Assembly: GCA_048013815.1 (NCBI GenBank)
Contig: CM106586.1
Span: forward strand, 22,816,001-22,880,000
Source of the DNA: Setoptus koraiensis
Taxonomy: Eukaryota; Animalia; Arthropoda
Direction: 5' to 3'
Length of the DNA: 64,000 nt
Positions 33,626-45,582 of the stretch are shown here, piece after piece; position 1 is the stretch's first letter, and each line of letters starts with the position of its first letter. The notes below the pieces were generated by a model, which saw only the letters and a program-made list of their open reading frames with translations, was not told the origin of the DNA and made no database searches. The position numbers were made by a program, and so were the translations under genes.

Positions 33626-35845
33626 ATGGCCTCCAAAAGGACCAGCAACAAACTACCTTTGAATTTGCCCCAGTTACAAAATTGTATCAAAAGAGATCCC
33701 TCATCTTATTATGAAGAATTCGCCATTCAATTTCGCCACTATGACTCTATTTTACAAATTTTGCGTTACAATCCCACCTATGTGGATAAGGATTTTGAGT
33801 CATTAATTATGTTCTTGGCTCATGTGTCATCATGCTATCCGAAACAAATGAATTCATTTCCCAAGCAAATAATAGATTTGCTGAGAAATTATTCAACTGG
33901 TTTGAATAGAGACACTCGTATGGCCTGCTGTCGAGCTCTAATCTTGATGCGCTCAAAATCAATGATACAACCTTTAGATTTATTGCCTCTATTCTTTGAT
34001 CTGGTTCGATGTCAAGACAAAGCCATCAGAAACTATATAAAACAGTCCACCATTACTGATATCAAAACCATGATGGCTCACAAACGAGATGAAAAAGTGA
34101 ATAAGGCCATACAGAGGTTCATGTTTGCGCAATTGGAAAATGACCAACAGGACAAATCGGCTAAACTGGCCATTGATATAATGAAAGAATTGTATAAGAA
34201 AAATATCTGGCACGAGAAAGACACTGTCAATCAAATTGCTTACGCTTGTCTGTCTAGGAACACAAAGATTATGGTCACGGCGTTGAAATTCTTTCTAGGA
34301 CATGATGAAGAGGGCGAAGAGAGCGACCAAGATGATTCCAGTGATGAAGATGAAAATGCTGACACTCTAGAGCAGCTCAAGGATACTGTCATGGCAAACA
34401 AATTCAACAAAAAATCTAGAAAGAGGAAGAAGATGCTGACAAAAGTTAAACAGACAGTCAAGAAGAGTCAGAATAAAACTAGAAAGGCAGAATCATTCAA
34501 CTTTTCAGCAATCCACTTGATTCACGACCCTCAAGGATTGGCCGAGAAGCTGCTAAAATCCCTAGAGGCCACAACTGAGAGATTCGAAGTGAAACTAATG
34601 ATAATGAATTTTATTTCTAGGTTAATAGGTATCCATGAATTAATTTTATTCAATTATTATCCGTTGATTCAGAGGTATCTGCAGCCGCATCAACAAGAGG
34701 TTACCAAAATATTAACTTATGCAGCTCAATCGGCTCACAAAGACGTCCCTCCAGAAGAGTTAGAGCCTGTCCTCAAGACAATAGCCTACAACTTTGTGAC
34801 GGAAAGAAATTCAACTGAAGTTATGACTGTTGGATTAAATGCCATTAGAGAATTATGCGCTCGGGCCCCACTAGTTATGAATGAAGACTTGTTGCAAGAT
34901 TTGGTCCAGTATCAAAAATACAAAAACAAAAATGTATCCGTAGCTGCGAAATCATTGGTTTATCTTTTCAGAGTGAAGAATCCGGATCTCCTCCGCAAGA
35001 AAGATAGAGGCAAGCCCACTATTGAAACATCCGAATTCAAGACCAAACAATTTGGTGAGACTGATGCTCTAACTTTTGTGCCTGGTACAGAGGCATTGAA
35101 CGACTCCTCAGGTAGTCTAAAACGAACCAGGAGCATGGCAGGCTTGGATTCTGATGAAGAAATGGACGATGTGGATGATAACTACAGGGACATGGATATA
35201 TCCGACGAAGATGATGATTACGAAAACGACGACGATGATCAAGAATTCGTATCTGACGAAGAGGGCTCATTCGAAGTTTGCTCAGACGAGGAAGATTATG
35301 AGGAATCAGAAGATATTGATAATGATGAAGAAGAGGTGGATGAGGAAAACCTTGCTGCAGTCTTGGCCAAATTGGGACCCGAAGCCGCAAGGCAAAAGGC
35401 TGAACAAATATCGTCTGAAAGAATCCTAACATCCAAAGAAGTTAGGAGGATACAGGCCGCTCAATTAGCAAAGAAAATGATGGCTGCTAGACCACGAAGA
35501 ATGACCAAAAAAGAAGAGGCTAGTACTGAGGTGATCGAAGGCACTCTTGAGGGTCACGATAAGGTGCGATTAGGCGATATTGAGAGATTATACAAGAAGT
35601 CCAAGCATGATAAAGAAAGTCGGCTCGCAACTGTACGAGATGGACGAGAGGGTAGAGAAAAATATGGTAAGAAGAAACCAAAGATGAATCCAAAATCAAG
35701 TAGTACAAATGTTGACAAGAAGAGATCTAAGGCATTCAACATGGTCAAGCACAAAATCAAGAGGAAGAAAAAGAAGAAAACTTTCCGCGAAAAGCAGCGG
35801 GACCTCAAACAACAACTTATCAATAGGGCGAAAAATAGTAAATAG
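33626..35845 (+). CDS. SDAD1: SDA1 homolog (60S ribosome biogenesis), intronless, about 739 aa
   Basis: NLPQLQNCIKRDP.SY.EEF, FSAIHLIHDPQG.AEKL, NFVTERNS.EVMTVGLNAIRELC.R.PL.M..DLLQDL, an acidic tract, and ERILT. ATG at 33626. Confidence 0.95.
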   Translation: MASKRTSNKLPLNLPQLQNCIKRDPSSYYEEFAIQFRHYDSILQILRYNPTYVDKDFESLIMFLAHVSSCYPKQMNSFPKQIIDLLRNYSTGLNRDTRMACCRALILMRSKSMIQPLDLLPLFFDLVRCQDKAIRNYIKQSTITDIKTMMAHKRDEKVNKAIQRFMFAQLENDQQDKSAKLAIDIMKELYKKNIWHEKDTVNQIAYACLSRNTKIMVTALKFFLGHDEEGEESDQDDSSDEDENADTLEQLKDTVMANKFNKKSRKRKKMLTKVKQTVKKSQNKTRKAESFNFSAIHLIHDPQGLAEKLLKSLEATTERFEVKLMIMNFISRLIGIHELILFNYYPLIQRYLQPHQQEVTKILTYAAQSAHKDVPPEELEPVLKTIAYNFVTERNSTEVMTVGLNAIRELCARAPLVMNEDLLQDLVQYQKYKNKNVSVAAKSLVYLFRVKNPDLLRKKDRGKPTIETSEFKTKQFGETDALTFVPGTEALNDSSGSLKRTRSMAGLDSDEEMDDVDDNYRDMDISDEDDDYENDDDDQEFVSDEEGSFEVCSDEEDYEESEDIDNDEEEVDEENLAAVLAKLGPEAARQKAEQISSERILTSKEVRRIQAAQLAKKMMAARPRRMTKKEEASTEVIEGTLEGHDKVRLGDIERLYKKSKHDKESRLATVRDGREGREKYGKKKPKMNPKSSSTNVDKKRSKAFNMVKHKIKRKKKKKTFREKQRDLKQQLINRAKNSK

Positions 35846-35954
35846 ATTCAGTTTTGTTGATTGTTGGCAGGTTGTATGAATTAATTTCTAATATTAAAAT
35901 TTTCAGATATATCTGGCGCGTAAAGATTCTCAAAAAACATTTTTGACTGTTATA

Positions 35955-36956
35955 TCATTGACTTGAACAGATTTTATTCTCTTTCATTAATTGGTTACAT
36001 TCAAGCTTAAAGCTGGCCCAAGTACTTGACCAAAAGCGTCTTTTTTCACCATTCACAACAACATTATCGACATTCTCACCACTTTCGATACATGAGGTAT
36101 CTCCATTTTCGCCATTTTCTACACTATCGATATTTTCACCATTTTCGCTTCGCCTCCTTCTGCTAATCCATTTTCTAAGAGGTTTTATAAACGGGATTGC
36201 CATGAAAAAGGCGTTTGGTTTGATCGTTTTGTTATGGATAGTGACCATATCTTTTCTTGTCATAGGTAATTCCGAGATCTTGAACCAATTACAAGATTTT
36301 ATCTCGCATCTTGTCTGGGGTTTGAATATTGTACTCATATCTACATTAGTAACTATATATAAACGTATCAAAGTATCTTGAATATTGAGTTCAATGTAGT
36401 CTTTAGCACTGATGGTTGGCCCACAGTCGAATCCAGTTTCTTCTAGCACCTCACGACAAGCACAAACTAATGGATCTTCATCTGCGTTTACCTTGCCCTT
36501 AGGAAATCCCCATGATGAACGTGCCCAGAAACCTTGAACCATTAATACATTTTCCATGTCTTTATCTAGTAGGATGGCGCCGTATGTTGGCACTGCCATT
36601 TTATATTCCCTCCATTTTTCTATTACTGAATCTACTTGGCTAACATGCTGTCGAAGAAATGGTATGTTGGTGAATACTATCCTAGCAAATTCTCTGAATT
36701 GACATTTAGGGAGGCCTTTCTCATTGGAACAATAGTAATCAATGTAGAACCAGTGAGCTAATTCAATCTGGAAACAAACGCGCACTAGATTGGTTCGTTC
36801 CTCTTGGGGTATGTTTATAATGAATCGGCTACATAGATCGTCAACAACATGTTCTGGTATGGAACCGGATGGCGAGTTCGCTTGACCTTGAAATAATGGT
36901 TTTGGTAATACCACAAGGGTGTCATCGTTGGAATTGTCTGAGTTATTATTGGCCAT
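35955..36956 (-). CDS. DCP2: mRNA decapping enzyme 2 (Nudix), 333 aa, intronless
   Basis: Box A DDLCSRFIINIPQEE..RVCFQIELAHWFYIDYY; YKMAVPTYGAILL; Nudix box WGFPKGKVNADED...CACREVLEETG. Confidence 0.96.
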   Translation of the reverse strand: MANNNSDNSNDDTLVVLPKPLFQGQANSPSGSIPEHVVDDLCSRFIINIPQEERTNLVRVCFQIELAHWFYIDYYCSNEKGLPKCQFREFARIVFTNIPFLRQHVSQVDSVIEKWREYKMAVPTYGAILLDKDMENVLMVQGFWARSSWGFPKGKVNADEDPLVCACREVLEETGFDCGPTISAKDYIELNIQDTLIRLYIVTNVDMSTIFKPQTRCEIKSCNWFKISELPMTRKDMVTIHNKTIKPNAFFMAIPFIKPLRKWISRRRRSENGENIDSVENGENGDTSCIESGENVDNVVVNGEKRRFWSSTWASFKLECNQLMKENKICSSQ

Positions 36957-39900
36957 GGTTAATCATAAAACTTTCTGAGTATAATACAGTGAAATACATT
37001 GGTCAGATGTATGTTTACGAATGTTGGTTTTAACAATGCGACTTTTTATGGCTCGTTGCTATTGTTTTGAGATCACATGTTTTTAAGTTTCATTCCCAAA
37101 ACATACCAATGCTAAACAATTATTGCAATATTTTGGGCGCGAGAATCGAAATCGCGTGAATGTAAAATTTCTTATCCATGAATGAATGGTTTCAATGGTT
37201 GAGCTGCTCGTCACTTGCAAGGATGGGGCATTAGCCCTCTACCTCTTCGAACATTTGATTAGTATTAAAAAGTCGTAATTGAATTTCTGACATCAACCTG
37301 GAAAGTCGCTCATTCATTTTGCAATTCACCTAGCCACCGTATTCATGCATTTATTGGGTGAATCTTTCATGAGTTTGGACAAATTTTCTTCCAAAAATAA
37401 ACGATAATCTGTCTCAAGAAACTGAGAAGCTCCTAGCCGGAAACTCAAAAGAACCCTCTCAGAGCCATTGCAGGCATCAGTTGGAAAGAAGACACCCTCA
37501 TTGTTTTTTGTGTTTGCATTTTTCGTCAAGAATTCAAGCTGTACTCGGCCAGTTTTCTGACTAACGATTGTTACATGAATTGTGATTCTTTCAGTCTAGA
37601 TCTAACCACGTTGTATCTGGCTCTTTTAAATTGATATTCTGTGACAATCTATGAATATAGCATAATGTTTGGGTTCGTGACGTGCCGCTAACTTGTATAC
37701 ATTCAAACTTTGTTCGCATTCTGCATTTGGTACTGAAATTGTATGCCAACTCTGGTCAGATCGGACGCGAATGCCAACTTGTCGAGACTTGATTACGCAC
37801 GTATGATGTCTAACAACACCATCAATTACTAATCAGATACTTGATACTTTCAGGATATGTCTATCAAATGAAAACTCACATAGATATTCCTACATCATTC
37901 TGATTCGTGGATACACATTTATCCATCACTGGGTGGAAATAGAAGTATCATGAGAACATGCTGGTGAACTTATTTCAGGCGTCCTCCATTCACGATCAAG
38001 CAGTCAGCGTATATTTGAAAACCCCATTCTGCGGTGAATTCTTTTTTATTGTGAATGCCATTTCGTCCGCTATGTCTCTATGCACATTGCTTTTTCTCTT
38101 TGTCGTTATGTCCCTTTGTGCCGCTGGGTCACGGGCTCTGTGTCGCTATGTCGCTCTGTAGGGATATGCATGGACGTACTGAAAGTTGGCACACTATTCG
38201 GAATGCATTAATTTGACATAATGGCGGTCAGCATAATGAAAGCACCTCTTGTAAACATCATTATTATACAAAGGCATTAGTGTTATCACTATCGTTGTAA
38301 TTACTATTATCACTGGCATTACCATTATCATGACAATAATGAATAAAACATCTCAATTCGGTTAGCAGCATCCGTAACCCGGCAACGAGAATATTTTGTC
38401 GAGCTAGCCAAACATAGACACACAGATAGAGTGATTGACCAGTCGCTAATCTATGGTCGTTATTGTTGCTTGTGGTCTATATATGTTTGTGTGCTTGCAC
38501 TTGAGTGTCTCCCTCTCTCTCTCTCTGTCTGTCTCTCTGTACATGGATGACAAAAACGTAAGCATTAGCGCTATATGTATATATAAATACATGTGATGTT
38601 TGTTGGTTAAATGTGGGGTTACATATGCGATAAACACGCACCAACGATCTGTTTGTCAGTGTCTGTTTGTATCAGCTAAATGAGTAAAGTAGGACGTCAC
38701 TCGACCAAACTAGGCGAACAGAGCAACGTCTGGTGGCGCAAACCTAGATTGGGTGATCTAATCAGCAGGTGTCAGAATCTGGTGATAAGCAACGATCACT
38801 TTGAAAGCTCGCTCTAATTTGCGCTCGCACATGGATAGTGAGAGAGTCAAGATACTTGAATGAGAGATAAAAGGGAGATAGAATGGATCTATACTGTGTT
38901 CTCATTTTGAATATTACGTTGTTTCCGACTTCATGGCATGCCACCGCTAATATGCGGGCCTACTTTATCCGTGCAGCTCCGTTCGTCAGTCGGATTTGGC
39001 GATTACCTAGGGGAGCTTGACAGTTTAGTGAGCCTTTAAAAGCGTGCGACATTGCCATATAATCAACAACAACGCCAGCAACAACTGCAACAATAAATAG
39101 ACGAGCGAAGCTAGACGATAAAACAAATTAAATAAGCCATGTTTCATGTCGTCGGAAACAACGTGCAACATCCAAGACATGGCGGATAAAAGGAGAATAA
39201 GTGAGATAGCGAGACGAAGGGCAGGCAAGCCATGGAGAAACATGAATAGAATGGGAATGGAAGGAACACGGAGCTACAGAGAGATTAGTGGCAGCAAACG
39301 GAAAAGTTGGTGCCAGCAATAGTGGCCACCTACACGAGCCGCGCCCTATACACAAACACACACGCACACTCACACCGGCAAACAAACACACACACACACA
39401 CACAAACACATAGACACATTTATCTCTGTAAAGTGGCATGATATTGGTGGCTCTAGAATCTAGATCTGGGGACTCGGCGAGTTGGAGCACTAGACAAGTA
39501 GTGAATGCTAGCAAATACCCCCGACGGATTTACCCGTTCAGACGGAGAAAGAGACGGCCGGGCAAACCGAAGAAATCGCACCAGAGGCACGAACTGTCCA
39601 TCAAAGACAGAGATATTGTCCATCAAGAAAATGAATAAAAACGAAGCCAAGCAAATTGCACGGGCTGTGTGTGTGTATATCGGCTTAGGCTAGACAATGC
39701 AAGCGAGCGGCGGGCATACATCAGCGAATATGATGACATAGATGTGCAAACAGAAGAGAACACTTTAGATATAGCTCTCACTCTACGTCATTACATATAT
39801 ATTTGGATAGATTGAAAATAAACTAAAGCCCGTGTAAGACCCTGTCTTTATTGCTTTTTCGTCCTTCTCTGGCCCCTTCTGTCCCCTCACCTAAGTATGT

Positions 39901-42900
39901 TGCGCCTATCATCTTTAAGCCGGCACCATTATTCGTTCGCTACACTGATCTACTACTTGTGGCCGGCGATTTTGCTAGGCCGGCATTCGGTCACGCGAAC
40001 ATTTGATGTAACTGTAACAGAAAATCTCTTCTTTCGCTCAGTAACTTTAAGTCTAGCAATGTACAACTCTCCCTGTCTCTCTCCCTAACTATAGTAACAA
40101 TTGTAACGGTAACTGTAACAATTGAGCGCGTGATATATCAGCTAGGCGCGAGACACGCTGGTGGCAAACAATAATGTTTGTTCTCTTTGTGTGTGTGCTC
40201 TCTGCCTCTAGCTGGCTCTTGATTGTGATTGTAATTGCCAGTAAAACATATTGCATAACAACATAATAGAATCACTGAGACAAACAGATGCACACTTTGA
40301 GGCTCGATCGCAGCGCGTCGTGACTTCAGACATTCCAGTCAAGGTGCCCTCAGCGAGTTTTGTGGAACACACGCCAACATTCGCGATTTCTCGCTGGCAT
40401 ATATTTGTTTAATCTGATTTAGCATCAATAAACTGCACACACACAAGTTGTAGCCTGTAGTAATCTCGTGTTTTCAATCTAATTGAGGCCTCTGGTGCCG
40501 CTGCTTGGCACTTGCCAACGCCGCCGCTAACGAGCAGTCAGCGTAGAGTGGTTGCACGGTGCTTCTGAGAATTGCTGCAAGGTTCGGCTTTTACTCTAAT
40601 AAGTGATATACAGAAGATGTCCAGCTATGGCAGCTGCAGTGAGTTTGATGATCGTCACGAGTTTGTTATCAAATAAAACATAAAATAGCAATGACATCGC
40701 TCAGCGTGCTTCAGTTTTCAGAGAGCAAGCTTCGTAAATGGTCACTCTGTGTCCGTGAGTTGTGTGTGTGTGTGTGTTATAAAGAGGTCCAGTTCATCTG
40801 GCCTGATGTCAGTAGTCAGTGGTCACTAGCAACTGGCGCCCTCTTACTTACTGGAGCATACACCAGTCGGCCAGCCAGTCGGACAGCCAAGTGCTTGTCG
40901 CACGGCCGACACAACAGCCACTGACGTAACGTCGTGAGTGCCGTTACGCGGAGGCGCGATATGATGGCATTCTGTTTGGAGAGTCAGCTTTTGTGAAACA
41001 CTTGGCTGGCAAGCTGGCTAGTTGTCTAGCTAACTGCTCGTCCGACTGACAAACAAAATGCTGCTTTATTGCTGCACATATCCTCGTGTGTGTGTGTGTG
41101 TGTGTGTCTATAGGTCGTGACAGCGACAACGGGGGTGCAACGGGCCGCGACGGGCCGCAACCCGGTACAAGCTAAACAAACAAATTGATTGATTAAGGGC
41201 CGCCCAGAATGGACACAAATCGAGTGCAGTCGCCAGTATTCCCATTTAGCGCTATGGCCAAAATGGCTCGCTAATATTGTGCTCGAGCGCTGTATGTCGC
41301 TATATGCTGGCTATATCGACTAAAACTGGCCGGCAGCAAGTGTCTCGCAAGCCCAGTTACAGCTAGCTAGGCCAGTAGAGATGTGGATATATTAATAAAT
41401 TAAATATTTGTTGTTGTGCACAATATTGGCCAACACTTTTATATATTTATATTTTGCAGGTGCTCCTGCTGCGGCGGCTGAACACGTCCATCTATGGCCA
41501 CCAATCCAGCGAATATCCTCGGTGGGCGAGGTGATGTTGCCAGTGACCCGTGTCACACATAGCTCTTTGTTGCCAGCCAACGCCGAGGCTCGCTCGCTCA
41601 CTGGCCCACTGATAAGATTATGAGAGGCGATTTGTCTGATTTTCACTACTTTCCACAGTTTGGTGCTAGCGCACAGTATGTCGATATTGCGAACAGCGGG
41701 GATTGTTTCAGATGAGTCTGGGCCCCAATCAGCCAGAGGGATAGAAAATAATCGCTTCGGCACATCGACTGCTGCCGTCAGCAAAAGCTCATTTGTGCTG
41801 TCGGCCACATTGCCATCATCATGACAGGCCCGCCTGAGGAGCCCCAAGGCGCTGGTTAATTTGAATTAAATGAAAGTTGGCTGTAGTTGGTGGTCTATCA
41901 TCCGGCGCACTATCATATCATCATTATCATGGTGGTGTGCGCCAGCGTCACCAGTCAAAAACAGGGCCCGGCCTCCCGAAATAGCCCAAAGTAACCAGAG
42001 GGCGATTGTTTGCAAATTCACTTTTGCTGTCGTCCAAGGGCGCGCAATCAACTAAATTGCTCATTATGAGTATGGGTAGATATTTTTGCACAAATATTGC
42101 TCGGGCTCGCCCGCCGCAGATCATATCATGAGATGAGAATGGTTTTTTTAATCAATTCTTGTCACTTTGCTAGTTGTGGTTGCCTGACTCTGGCTCAAAA
42201 CGTCGCATCTCGAAGCGCGGCTTCGAAACGTTACACACACACACACGTCAAAATGGTTGAAATGTTTGCTGCCCGTCTGCCCCTTTCAGTGGTGGCCCGC
42301 CGGTACGAGGTCTGCGAAGCCCCCAAATTTTAGTTGCGGCACCAGCTCGGCACCAGCAGCACTGGCTAATATGGTAGCACTGGTGCATGCATAGATAAAC
42401 GTGCAAGCTGCCAGGTGTGTTTGGTGAATCAAATGGCCAGATGAATTGCACAAGAATTGCGTAAGAATGAGGCTGATATCGGTAAGTCAACTTGAACCGG
42501 CTAACTTCAACTTTGCATGTTTGGTATATATTAGTCATTGTTGTTTGTGTATATTCATGTGTGTGTGTGTGTGTGTGTGTGTGCGCCAGGTGAATGCAAA
42601 TAAAGAGAGCGAGGAAATATCATCTTGGCACTGAGGCCTTTGAGGCCAAACAGAATGAAAGGGAGCAGTAAAAAGAGGAGAAAGAAGTTAGTGGCACAGC
42701 GGTAGCGACTTACATCACCAGCGGCGAGCTAGCGGCGGCAGTAGCGGGAGAGGTAGCGGTAAAAGTAGTGGGAGTAGCAGCGTTGGCAAGGGCGCGCTTG
42801 CGAATAGATGGAACGGGTTGCTACTTAGCATCATGGTCGCATTTGCAGTATATAGCTACTTTTTGCATGATGATCATTCAACTAGCACAATTGTCCACGT

Positions 42901-43496
42901 TCTAGTGTGTCTATCATGGTGGCCGGGAGCAGTTATCAGTAGGGCCAGATAAAACAGAACAACAAGACGGCGGAGATCATCTTCATATTGTTGTTGGCTA
43001 GCTAGCTGTTGTTGGTCTGTTCTGGTGTGGTCTGGCGGCAAGTGCCGCACCGAGTGGCAGTAGCAGTGAGTCGAGCTGATAATGATGGCGCGCACCTAAA
43101 CAGCATTAGCGGCAAACTATCATTAGGTAGATAGTTATGTAATGTTCTTGCGCCAGCAGTTGACAACAGCAACAACAACAACTGCTGCTAGCCCTATGTG
43201 TAATATACACACAATATACCTTGTGTGAGAACGTCCTTGGCAGCTTCTCTGGTTCGCCACTAGCTACACCAGCAGCGGCAGCAACAACATTCATGACAAC
43301 AACAACGGCAACGACGACAACAACAACAACAACGGCAACAGCAGCAACAACAACAACAACGGCAACAACAACAACAACTACAGCGGCAGGAACCACAGCA
43401 ACGACCATAACAATGCAACATTTAGGGGTTTGTGTGCGTCAAAGCGAAAGTAAGTGGCGACATGACAAAGAGAGAGCGAGAGAGAGGGGGAGAGAG

Positions 43497-43532
43497 CTTG
43501 TCCACTAAGTACCTAGGTACTTAGTGGACAAG
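43497..43532. repeat. Perfect 36-bp spacerless palindrome CTTGTCCACTAAGTACCT|AGGTACTTAGTGGACAAG
   Basis: 18/18 complementary pairs checked by hand around the 43514/43515 centre. Confidence 0.95.
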
Positions 43533-43735
43533 ATACATGCTCATCAACATCAAAGTCAACGTCAACAACAAACGAGTAAAACAAGCGAACTGGCACACAA
43601 TTCTGTGTTTTTCACCGCTGTCCTCGGGCTGCTCGCTGGGCCGGACTGGACTGTGTCCCCTTTCTTGTGGCGCGCATTTGCACGAGTTGTGGCGGCGTGT
43701 GCGTGTTGCAGCAAGGCCGCAAAAGAACTGGCAAG

Positions 43736-43766
<31 letters not shown>

Positions 43767-45030
43767 TTTTGTCATGGCTGGCACTGTAACGGCAGTAATA
43801 TTAATAATAGTCACACACTGGCACCACAATGGTCATCACTGACCACACTCATTCGGCGGCCCCAAATTGTGTGCGCGTTCCCAATCTATTCATTTGTGTG
43901 CGCGGCTGGCTGGCCAGCGCAGCGGCCGAGCAGCACCTAGCGGCGGGCCGCGGCACAACCACGGGAGCGTGTTGGCAAAGATGGCTGCTGATTGTGTGTG
44001 AGTCTGTGTACAAGACTAGGCCCTATTAGTATGTATTTGTCTGGAGACGCTCGCACACGCACACACTTAAAGCGAACAACACCCTTCCCTGACTCAAACC
44101 TGACGCCAGCCCCCGCCAAGTTGCGCGCGACCCCCTGCCCACAATGGGCGCCCGACGGGCGCCCCAATGGGGGCGTTGCGCACGCCATCGCGCGCCCCCT
44201 TCCTGTTATTTCTCGCCAGCCTCCTTGCTCGTTCATTGCGTGCGTTCTACTGCGGCGGCGGCGGCGGCGGTTGCCTGGCACACGATTGCCCGCCGCACAC
44301 ATGTCCTGGCGGCCCCACGACTGGCTGGCCGGCCGATTTTCAAGCGGACCAGCGTGCAAACGGCGGCCCCACTGGCCGGAACACGCATAAATTGGGGCCG
44401 CAAGCCGCTGGCCCGAGAAGCCTTCTATCATCGTCTAATCAGCACACACGCGAGCATGCAAAGTTGGGCTGGCGCACATGCAAAGTGTGCGCAATGGCTG
44501 TACGTACTCGAACGGTCTAACAAGCAACCATAAAAGTGAATTGCTCCAGCGCGTCGCTATTTGCACGCCGTTGCCTCACAGTCTGAGCCTCAGACAGTGT
44601 GCGGGTGTGTGTGCGTGTGTGTGTGCGTGTGTATAGGCACGTTACTTGCCCGGCGCTAGCCAGCCAGCCGCTGTGTGTGCTTGTGGGCATTCGGTCGCCG
44701 GGCGCGCGCGCAAGACTCGCTCGGCCCGGCCCACAGACTGCGGGTGCTCGATGGCACCGACTCGAGTCGGCACAAACCCAAACGCCATGCATGCCAATAG
44801 TGTGCACAATCTTTTGCTCCCTCTCCCTCGAGTGTGTGTATGTGTGCGTGTGTACGTGCTTGCGTGAGCATCGGCAGTGCAGCAGTCGCACACTACACAT
44901 TGTACGGCGTATAGTATGCGCCATATAGTTCGATCCGCAAAACGTCGAACAACAACATGTCGACGAGGTGCATACCTACGCACACACATTGTTGGCGGCT
45001 GGTCCTCGATGCTACGCAATGTGTCCGTGC

Positions 45031-45063
<33 letters not shown>

Positions 45064-45373
45064 CGCGCAAAGCGGTTGAAGCTTAGCCTCGATTTCTATT
45101 TGCTGCTGACATGAGCGCGTAACACACACACACACACATTCTGTACTGGGTGAGTGGCACTGACTCAGTTGCACTGAGTCGTGGGTAGCGCACACCGAGA
45201 AACGCTGGCACGCGGTGCGCCAAGCCAGCAGACAGTGCATTCTGATTTAATACATCAATACGCAGCCACTATCATGGCGCACACACACAAACAAACACAA
45301 TGTCTGCCCCTGCTGCCGCTTGTTGTGGAATTAGCGGCATAGAGAGCAGAGTATAACTATTTCGAGAAACAAG

Positions 45374-45422
45374 AGACTAGAAACTAGAAACTAGAGACTG
45401 GAAACTAGAAACTAGAGACTAA
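45374..45422 (+). repeat. Heptamer tandem repeat A(G/A)ACT(A/G)G x7 with 21-bp higher-order period
   Basis: AGACTAG AAACTAG AAACTAG AGACTGG AAACTAG AAACTAG AGACTAA. Confidence 0.85.
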
Positions 45423-45505
45423 ACCAGAAAAATCGAACTTGTGCGTGCGCCTCTCGCCCCCCTCCCCCCGTCCCTCTATCTCGCTCTGTCTGGCTTGGTG
45501 TGCGC

Positions 45506-45510
<5 letters not shown>

Positions 45511-45576
<66 letters not shown>
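45511..45576 (+). repeat. (GT)33 microsatellite; the longest dinucleotide tract noticed among many CA/GT, CAA, CAG, CAT and GA SSRs in the long non-coding blocks
   Basis: Direct reading. Confidence 0.95.

Positions 45577-45582
<6 letters not shown>

Noticed and set aside
37200-38200. Coding-like sequence upstream of DCP2 with short minus-strand ORFs and one GT-AG pair
   Set aside because: Frames are interrupted at about random frequency and no family was recognised; it cannot be supported as a gene or pseudogene without a search.
40322-40339. Minus-strand TGGAATGTCTGAAGTCA resembling miR-1
   Set aside because: The central bases differ and the putative star arm pairs poorly.
41392-41847. 151-aa minus-strand ORF and nearby plus-strand acceptors (41459, ~41659)
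   Set aside because: No motif was found; more plausibly non-coding 5' exons of slo, but this cannot be shown from sequence.
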